From Candidatus Kapaibacterium sp. (GTDB lineage: Bacteria > Bacteroidota > Ignavibacteria > Kapaibacteriales > WFXC01): 64,000 bases of DNA. The stretch lies in contig JALWJX010000082.1 in assembly GCA_026996895.1 (NCBI GenBank), positions 38,031 through 102,030 of the forward strand, read 5' to 3'. Shown here one piece after another: positions 28,106-37,400 of the stretch. Position numbers and translations under genes: made by a program. The notes beneath the pieces are model-generated. The model ran no database searches, was not told the DNA's origin, and saw nothing but the letters and a program-made list of their open reading frames with translations. Every line of letters starts with the position of its first letter. Positions within the stretch are counted from its first letter, which is position 1.

Positions 28106-31100
28106 ATGCGAAGAGCGTGGATCAGTGCTATAGGAATTTTCATCAGCGTTTCGGTTATCTGGGGACAAACGCCTTCCAACGGCGCATTGCTGCTGACCAA
28201 CAATGCTGCTTTTGTTGTCCTCCCTGGCAGCGACATTACCATTGCAACCAGTGCGGGGATCAAACAGGAAAATGCCAGTGCAATCGTGCTGTACGGCGAC
28301 CTGGAAAATCACGGTAAGATCGTCCCCGGCGATGGATACCTGTTGTGTACGGGTCCTTCGACGCAGGTCCTCCGGGGTACTCGGGAAATTACTCTTAACC
28401 ACTGGTGGTTCCGGAAATCTGCTCCTTCCGACGTTGTCAAAATCGACAACGATGTGCGGGTCTATCAGCCGCTCACTGTGAATACGGTCACCTTAGAAAT
28501 CATCCACAGCAGCTCACACACGGTCACCCTGGACAGCGATCTTAAAATCAATGCTGATGGCAAGTGGATCGTTGCTTCAACGGGGACGACGGGACGCGAC
28601 CATCAAATTGTGCTCCGTGGCAATGCCCAAATCGATGGACAATGGATTCTCCGACCCATTCTGAACAACGACAACTATCGTGCCCGCCTGCGATTTCAAA
28701 CGACCGCAACGCAAACACTCACTGGCAGCGGGACGGTGCAATTCTACCAGGTCATTCTCGACAAAGGAAGCAAGGCAAACCGGGTTGAAAGCCGGATGAA
28801 CGTCGGGCTGAGCGCTCTGGGCTCAGGCTCTGCGATGGATTTCATCGCCGGTACGTGGCAGCAAACGACGGGAACGTTGACATTCGACAATGGCGTGAGC
28901 GTTTCTTACAACGAAACTATTGCCGCTAACGGATCACTCCAGATCCTGGGCGATGCTTCGATGATCATCGGGCAAAATGGCGTTGGAAGCTCTTTGATCC
29001 TCGACGGAGGCGAATTCATCGTAAACACGACTGGATTTGCCAATATCGGCAGCCAGAACGATAATTCCCTGCAATACACGGATGCTGGCGGCAGTCGATT
29101 CGAGCTCCATCAGGGAACAGTGACTGTTGCTGGACGCTTTTCACGCCAAACGGCAACGGGAACCAACACAATAGACTATCTCCAGACGGGGGGCACGCTG
29201 ATCGTCGGTGCCGTTGGTCACTCGAACGGCTCCCTCGGAACCTTTGATATCGGTGCCAGCGGCTCTTCCTTCACAATGGGCGGCGGGACTATCATTTTGC
29301 GCAATGCAAACAGCTCCGGAAGCAGCAGCCGTCCGGCAGATTTCAATGTTCAGGCAGCAACCGTTGCAGTCTCCGGCGGCACGGTTCAATTTGGCGATGC
29401 AGGGACGACAACACTGCAGCGATTCGATTATGATGTCCCCAACGGCGCATTGTGGCACGTATCGGTCAGTTCTGCGAACGCCACGGTTTACCCTTTTTCC
29501 CCAACTTCCGATCTCCGCATTCAGGGGAACTTCTACAATGCAGGCAGATGGGATGGGACACAAACGCGATCGGGCACTGCTGTCTCAACGGCTGGGATTG
29601 TCTTTGAAGGTAGTGGTGCCACGTCGCAAACGGTGCGAAGTCTGGGAACAACGACCTTTGCAACGTTGCGGATGAACCGCGGTGCCGGCAGCGGCATTGT
29701 GCAACTGCTCGATGACATTTCTGTCTCCCACCAGGTTGATCTGCGCGAAGGCAGCAATAGCCAGCCACAGATTCTGGCGCTGGGCAGTGGAGCCAATCTC
29801 TATGTGCTGAGCACCAGCACCACGGCAATTATCGACTACGCCAGTGCGCCAATCCGATACATTCGCACCAGTACCACCAGCGGCCGTGTCGTATGGAACG
29901 TTACGGCGGGAAAGACCTACTTCTTCCCCATAGGATCAGCCGAAAGTGGTGATACGTACACTCCCGCTGAAGTTGCTATCGGCAGTGGCGGCAGCGATGG
30001 CAGGATCGGCATCCGGGTCTCCCGTGGGCAACGTGCCGATGGAGCGCATCTCCAACTCCCGTCGAGTGCAACAGACTTTCTGCGACGATACTGGTCGATT
30101 TCCAACGTCACAATGACCCATCCTGCACAATGGACGTTCTACTATCAGGATGGCGCTGCATACCTTGCAGGCAGTGAAGCGAATCTGGCGCAAGCAGGGC
30201 GATGGCGACCAATCAACGAGGCGCCCGGTGGCAACTGGGTCGGCTACGCTGCAACCGTTAACCCATCACAGAATTTCTTCCAGTTGCCCACCCTTGACGC
30301 TTCACTGCTGGAAGGAGATTGGACCTTAGCCAATGAAATTTTCCGACAAATTTTCTACAGCCGCCAGAGCGGACCGTGGAGTCAGCACACTTCGTGGACA
30401 TATAGTCCTACCCACGTCGGACCCAGTGTGGCAACTGGCGTTTATCCCGCCGCCGCCACGGATTCTGCTGTTATAGGCGGCGGCAGTTATGGTGTCGGCA
30501 ACCACCATATCCAGTTGGATCTTTCCGTCACGATCGGTGGCGTTACTGTCGGCACCTCAGCTACCAACACCGGCACCTTAGAACTCCGGGATAACATCAT
30601 CAGCGGTGATTGGTTTGTCCTCCAAGATCAATCCACCCTGATGATTGGCTCGACCAGTGGCATTATGGCAGCCCCAGCGGCAGCAGGGAATGTGCAGACG
30701 ACCTATCGAGTTTTCGCCACAACCGCAACATACGTCTACAATGGCACAACGAACCAGACGATCGGTACTGCTCTTCCTTCGACCGTCGCAACATTTCGGG
30801 TCGACAACACAGGACCTGCCGGCAACAATCGCGTAACGGTAGACCGAACCATCCAGGTCACCCGGGACTTAGAAATCCTCCAGGGCGAATTAGACGTCAC
30901 AACGGTCACAATGCCCAATGTTAGCGCCAGCGGAAATTTTGTTCTGGCTACCGACGCATCTGTCCGCATAGGGGGGAGCAACAACTTCGGTGCAGCCTTC
31001 GCCGGTTACACCACTTACACCTTAGCCACCAGCAGTACGGTGGAATTCTACGGCAACAGCAAAACGGTCGATATGCCTCCAAACGGCGGACTCGGCTATG

Positions 31101-31291
31101 GCTATCTGGTCATCTCTGATGCACCAACGAAGTACATCAATGCACCGTTGCGGGTCCGTCGGGACGTGACGATCAATCCCGGTGCTTTCCTCTGGAACAA
31201 CGTCAGCGGTAATCAATTCCAGGTACTCGGCAATATTGTCAATCACGGGCAGCTATGCAACGACGGTATTATCGAAATTGGAATACCATAG
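28106..31291 (+). CDS. Large secreted Ser/Thr/Gly-rich protein of unknown function (1061 aa), encoded upstream of giant fiber-like protein 1.
   Basis: It has a signal peptide (MRRAWISAIGIFISVSVIWGQ) and low-complexity beta-rich composition. It appears co-operonic with 31416-39587, with a 124-nt gap and no intervening motif. Confidence 0.6.
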   Translation: MRRAWISAIGIFISVSVIWGQTPSNGALLLTNNAAFVVLPGSDITIATSAGIKQENASAIVLYGDLENHGKIVPGDGYLLCTGPSTQVLRGTREITLNHWWFRKSAPSDVVKIDNDVRVYQPLTVNTVTLEIIHSSSHTVTLDSDLKINADGKWIVASTGTTGRDHQIVLRGNAQIDGQWILRPILNNDNYRARLRFQTTATQTLTGSGTVQFYQVILDKGSKANRVESRMNVGLSALGSGSAMDFIAGTWQQTTGTLTFDNGVSVSYNETIAANGSLQILGDASMIIGQNGVGSSLILDGGEFIVNTTGFANIGSQNDNSLQYTDAGGSRFELHQGTVTVAGRFSRQTATGTNTIDYLQTGGTLIVGAVGHSNGSLGTFDIGASGSSFTMGGGTIILRNANSSGSSSRPADFNVQAATVAVSGGTVQFGDAGTTTLQRFDYDVPNGALWHVSVSSANATVYPFSPTSDLRIQGNFYNAGRWDGTQTRSGTAVSTAGIVFEGSGATSQTVRSLGTTTFATLRMNRGAGSGIVQLLDDISVSHQVDLREGSNSQPQILALGSGANLYVLSTSTTAIIDYASAPIRYIRTSTTSGRVVWNVTAGKTYFFPIGSAESGDTYTPAEVAIGSGGSDGRIGIRVSRGQRADGAHLQLPSSATDFLRRYWSISNVTMTHPAQWTFYYQDGAAYLAGSEANLAQAGRWRPINEAPGGNWVGYAATVNPSQNFFQLPTLDASLLEGDWTLANEIFRQIFYSRQSGPWSQHTSWTYSPTHVGPSVATGVYPAAATDSAVIGGGSYGVGNHHIQLDLSVTIGGVTVGTSATNTGTLELRDNIISGDWFVLQDQSTLMIGSTSGIMAAPAAAGNVQTTYRVFATTATYVYNGTTNQTIGTALPSTVATFRVDNTGPAGNNRVTVDRTIQVTRDLEILQGELDVTTVTMPNVSASGNFVLATDASVRIGGSNNFGAAFAGYTTYTLATSSTVEFYGNSKTVDMPPNGGLGYGYLVISDAPTKYINAPLRVRRDVTINPGAFLWNNVSGNQFQVLGNIVNHGQLCNDGIIEIGIP

Positions 31292-31415
31292 CTCCGGTGT
31301 ATCATAGCGGTGTTACGGGGGCTGTCAAACGCTATCTGGCACTTTGTGCGCAACCTACGCACACTGCACTGAAAATGGCAAAATATTTTGGGTAATAAAT
31401 CAAGGAAGTCTGGTG

Positions 31416-34400
31416 ATGAAACACAGAGTCCAATTGATACTTCTGATCTGGTTGATTTTTTCACCCTTACTCTGGTCTCAGGGCAATCCCAGCGTTGGAA
31501 TCGGCACTTTTACCCCTGATCCTTCTGCAATCTTAGAGCTTCGCTCCACATCGAAGGGGTTCTTGGTGCCACGAATGACAACGGCACAACGGAATGCGAT
31601 CAGCTCTCCTGCTCTCTGGCTGCTGATCTTCAACACTGATACCCAGCAGTTTGAATACTGGAACGGCACGGTATGGATCCCGCTGATTTCTATACAAAAC
31701 GTCAGCAACAGTGCCTGGTCTCTCAGTGGCAACACGCTCACCGGGAGCGAGTTTCTTGGATCTGTGAATCTCCAGCCGGTAGTGTTCAAGACCAATGGTG
31801 CGGAGCGAATGCGGATTTCCACGACCGGCAATGTTGGTATCGGCATCATTACGCCGACCAATACCCTGCACGTTAAAGCAACCAGCAATCCCCTGCGACT
31901 GGAAGGCTTGCAGTCTCTGAGCAACGCTTCTACAATCTTAGCGGTCGATGCCAACGGCGTTGTCTACACCACCAGTGCCAGTTCCTTTACGGCATCGAAC
32001 GCCTGGTCGCTGACAGGAAATGCCGGCACTGATCCAAACACCGACTTTCTGGGTACGACGGACAATCAACCGCTGGTGATTCGGACGAACAACACCGAGC
32101 GGATGCGGATTCTGGCATCCGGTTTGGTCGGGATCGGAACCAATACCCCAACGAACACGTTGCACGTCAAAGCAACGAGCAACCCACTGCGGTTGGAAGG
32201 CGTGCAAACTACTGCCAGCGCTTCGACCCTGTTAGCCATCGACGCCAATGGGGTCGTGGTCTCGACCAGTGCCTCGACTTTTGTTGCCAACAACGCTTGG
32301 GCACTCAGCGGCAACACGCTCACTGGCAGTGAGTTCCTCGGATCAGTCAATGCCCAGCCGGTAGTGATCCGAACGAACAACACCGAGGCGATGCGGATCG
32401 ATGCCAATCAACGGGTGGGAATTGGAACGAACGCACCGAGCCACACCCTGCACGTTGCTGCGCCCAGCAATCCGTTGCGACTGGAAGGGTTGCAGTCATT
32501 GAGCAATGCGGGAACGATCTTAGCCGTGGATGCCAACGGTGTTGTCTACACCACCAGTGCCAGTGCCTTTGCTGCTGCTAACGCCTGGTCGCTGACAGGA
32601 AATGCCGGCACTGATCCGACAACGAATTTCCTGGGCACTACTGACAATCAACCGTTGGTGATCAGAGTCAATAATCTGCAAGCTGTGCGAATTGAACCAA
32701 CGAACCAAACGATCAATATCATCGTGGGAACTTCCAACATCGTCACTGCGGGCGTCTATGGAGCTGTTATTAGCGGTGGTGGATATGGAAACAATGAAAA
32801 TAAAGTCACAGACAACTTCAGTACAGTAAGCGGAGGAGTTTCAAATCAAGCTGGGAACAATAACGCTGATGTAACCGATGCACAGTACGCCACGGTCGGA
32901 GGAGGCTACGGAAATACTGCCAGCGGTTTAGGCAGCACTATTAGCGGTGGATGGAACAACACTGCCAGTGCTGCCCGGAGTACGATTGGTGGAGGATATA
33001 ACAACAATGCCATCGGATGGGGAACCACTATTGGGGGAGGTGCTGATAATATTGCCAGCAGCGAGTATAGCACAGTCAGTGGTGGGAAAAACAACAATGC
33101 CAACGTTGCTTATAGTACCATTGGAGGAGGTCTGCAAAATACTGCCAGTGGTCAATATAGTACCATTGGAGGAGGTCTGCAAAATACTGCCAGTGGTCAA
33201 TATAGTACCATTGGAGGAGGTCTGCAAAATACTGCCAGTGGTCAATATAGTACCATTGGAGGAGGCAGTGCTAATATAACAGGTGGCGATTGGAGCACTG
33301 TGAGCGGAGGATGGACAAACATTGCCAGCGGAGGTGGCAGCGTTGTTGGTGGTGGACGGGGCAATACAGCAGGTGGAGCCTATAGTACCATACCTGGAGG
33401 TCTCAACAACTCTGCCCTGGGTGATTATACCTATGCAGGAGGAAGAGCGATGTATTTGAGTACCTCGGCCAACCATACCTTTGTCTGGGGCTATGCAACG
33501 GCAACTTCTGCTATCACCGCCTCCGACGCCTTCCTCATCGGTCCCTACGGGAACAACTACCGCGTTGGGATCAATGTCGTTAATCCTACTGCTGCTCTGC
33601 ATGTCACCGCTGGAACGTGGACGTATCCATTGCGACTGGAAGGATTGCAGCCACTGAGCAACGCCGGAACGATCTTAGCGGTCGATGCCAACGGCGTTGT
33701 CTACACCACCAGTGCCAGTGCTTTTGCTGCTGCCAATGCCTGGACGCTGACAGGGAATGCCGGGACTGATCCAGCAATTAACTTCTTGGGTACAACGGAC
33801 AATCAACCACTGGTGATTCGCACCAACAACCTTGAACGGATGCGGATCTCCACGACCGGCAATGTCGGCATTGGCATCAGCACGCCGACCAACACGTTGC
33901 ACGTCAAAGCAACGAGCAACCCACTGCGGTTGGAAGGCGTGCAAACTACTGCCAGTGCTTCGACCCTGTTAGCCATCGACGCCAATGGGGTCGTGGTCTC
34001 GACCAGTGCCTCGACTTTTGTTGCCAACAACGCCTGGGCACTCAGCGGCAACACGCTCACTGGCAGTGAGTTCCTCGGATCAGTCAATGCCCAGCCGGTG
34101 GTGTTCAAGACCAGTGGAATTGAAGCGATGCGGATCGACGTTGATCAGCAGGTTGGGATCGGCACCAGCACACCAACGAACACCTTGCACGTTAAAGCGA
34201 CCATCGATCCGTTACGACTGGAAGGGTTGCAAACCACCAGTGCTACTGCGACGGTCCTGGTTTCGGACGCTGCGGGGATCGTGTACACCACCAGCGCTAG
34301 CGCTCTTGCTGCTGCCAATGCCTGGTCGCTCACTGGCAACGCTGGAACCAACCCAGCGAGCAACTTCTTAGGCACCACGGACAATCAGCCACTGATTATC

Positions 34401-37400
34401 AAAGTTAATAACGCACAGGCATTGCGCATAGAGCCAACTGTCGGATCCCCAAATATTCTGGGCGGCTACGGATTGAACAGTATCTCCAGTGGCGTAGTTG
34501 GAGCTGTTATCAGCGGTGGGGGTAGCACTGGATTATCGAACAAAGTCACCGACAATTATGGTGTTATCGGAGGCGGCGTGGGAAATCAAGTGGGAAACAA
34601 TAGCGGAGGAGCTATCGATGCTCAGTATGCAACCGTAGGTGGCGGCTATGGAAACACTGCCAGCAGTACCTCGAGCACCGTGGGTGGCGGTGAACTTAAC
34701 ATTGCCAGTGGACTCCGGAGCACTGTTGGCGGCGGTTATAGCAACACTGCCAGTGGCGATAGGGGTACTGTGGGAGGAGGTTACGGGAATACCGCCAGCG
34801 GCCCGGGCAGCACCGTTGCTGGTGGCGAGAATAATACTGCCAGTGGTGGCGTGAGTGCTGTGGGTGGCGGTGACAACAATATTGCCAGTGGTGATGTGAG
34901 CACTGTGGGTGGCGGTTATAGCAACATTGCCAGCGGTGCAGGAAGTACTGTGGGCGGCGGTACAAACAACACTGCTAGTGGCAATACCAGTACCGTATCA
35001 GGTGGAGCTTTCAATACTGCAGCAGGTGACGTTTCCTGGGCTGGAGGAGCATACATGTATCTGTCGCCCACCGCCGATCACACCTTTGTCTGGGGCTATG
35101 CAACGGCAACTTCTGCTATCACCGCCTCCGACGCCTTCCTCATCGGTCCCTACGGGAACAACTACCGCGTTGGGATCAATGTCGTTAATCCTACTGCTGC
35201 TCTGCATGTCACCGCTGGAACGTGGACATATCCATTGCGATTAGAAGGCTTGCAACCACTGAGCAATGCGGGGACAATCTTAGCGGTTGATGCCAACGGT
35301 GTTGTGTACACCACCAGTGCCAGTGCGTTTGCTGCTGCTAACGCCTGGGCACTGACAGGGAATGCCGGAACCGATCCAGCAATCAACTTCTTGGGTACTA
35401 CGGATAATCAACCGTTGGTGATTCGCATTAACAACCTTGAGCGGATGCGGATTTCCACCATCGGCAACGTCGGCATTGGCATCAGCACGCCGACCAACAC
35501 CTTGCACGTCAAAGCGACCAGTGATCCGTTGCGGTTAGAGGGCGTGCAGAGCAGTGCTAATGCGACGACCCTGTTAGCCATCGACGCCAGTGGAGTGGTA
35601 GTATCGACCAGCGCCTCGACCTTTGTTGCCAACAACGCTTGGGCACTCAGCGGCAACACCCTCACTGGCAGTGAGTTCCTCGGATCGGTCAATGCGCAGC
35701 CGGTGGTGATCCGGACCAACAACACCGAGGCGATGCGGATCGATGCCAACCAACGGGTGGGGATTGGAACCAATGCACCGAGCCACACCTTACACGTTGC
35801 TGCGCCCAGCAACCCGCTGCGGTTGGAAGGCTTGCAACCTCTGAGCAATGCGGGGACAATCTTAGCCATTGATGCCAATGGCGTGGTGTACACGACCAGT
35901 GCAACATCCTTCACCGCTGCCAATGCCTGGTCGCTCACAGGAAACGCCGGGACTGATCCAAACACCGACTTTCTGGGCACGACGGACAACCAACCGCTGG
36001 TGATTCGGACGAACAACACCGAACGGATGCGGATTCTGGCATCCGGACTGGTCGGCATCGGAACCAGCACACCGAGTCATACGTTGCACGTCAAAGCAAC
36101 GAGTGACCCGTTGCGGTTAGAGGGCGTGCAGAGCAGTGCTAATGCGACGACGCTGTTAGCCATCGATGTCAATGGGGTCGTGGTCTCGACCAGTGCCTCG
36201 ACTTTTGTTGCCAACAACGCTTGGGCACTCAGCGGCAACACGCTCACTGGCAGTGAGTTCCTCGGATCAGTCAATGCCCAGCCGGTAGTGATCCGGACGA
36301 ACAACACTGAGGCGATGCGGATCGATGCCAGTCAACGGGTGGGGATTGGAACGAACGCACCGAGCCACACCCTGCACGTTGCTGCGCCCAGCAATCCATT
36401 GCGTCTGGAAGGCTTGCAGTCATTGAGCAATGCCGGAACCATCTTAGCGGTCGATGCCAACGGCGTTGTCTACACCACCAGTGCAACATCCTTCACCGCT
36501 GCGAATGCCTGGGCACTCAGCGGCAACACCCTTACTGGCAGTGAGTTCCTCGGATCGCTCAATGCCCAGCCCGTGGTGTTCAAGACTAATGGCGTAGAAC
36601 GAATGCGAATTACTGCTGCTGGTGACATTGGCATTGGAACCACAACTCCAGGTGCCAAAGTTGACATCCGGGCGAATAGTGCCAGCGATCTGCTGGTTCG
36701 CATCTGGAACGCTGGTGGCAATGCAAAATTCCGCATCGTTGGTCAGGGTGGCAGTGCACAACCACGGTTTCAGTATACGGTCAACGCTGAATGGCTCTCC
36801 GAGATTGCCGGCAACACCAGTACAGGTTTGGAATTCCGAGTTCGTGCTCCGTCGGATCCAAATGACGAAGCAACTCTGGCAACCCGAACCCGGATGGTGG
36901 TTGGGAGGACGGGCAATGTCGGCATTGGAACGCTATCGCCAACGAATCGACTCCACGTCGTTGCTCCCAGCAACCCACTGCGACTGGAAGGGTTGCAGTC
37001 ATTGAGCAATGCGGGAACGATCTTAGCGGTCGATGCCAACGGCGTTGTCTACACCACCAGTGCAACATCCTTCACCGCTGCGAATGCCTGGGCACTGAGT
37101 GGGAATGCGGGAACCGATCCAAACACCGACTTTCTGGGTACGACGGATAATCAACCGCTGGTGATTCGGACGAACAACACCGAACGGATGCGGATTCTGG
37201 CATCCGGACTGGTCGGGATTGGAACCAATACCCCAACGAACACGTTGCACGTCAAAGCAACGAGCAACCCACTGCGGTTGGAAGGCGTGCAGACTACTGC
37301 CAGCGCTTCGACCCTGTTAGCCATCGATGTCAATGGGGTCGTGGTCTCGACCAGTGCCTCGACTTTTGTTGCCAACAACGCTTGGGCACTCAGCGGCAAC

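Noticed and set aside
32928-33602. A 224-aa minus-strand ORF and many 60-150-aa ORFs on both strands inside 31416-39587, for example the recurring MHAFQPQWVARCFDVQRV... and MASIRIASVLFVRITTGW... ORFs.
   Set aside because: They lie antisense or out of frame within the giant repeat gene, and the same ORF recurs wherever the DNA module repeats. Their composition is low-complexity (Pro/Ala/Ser/Val-rich), and they have no start context. They are artefacts of GC-rich repetitive coding DNA.
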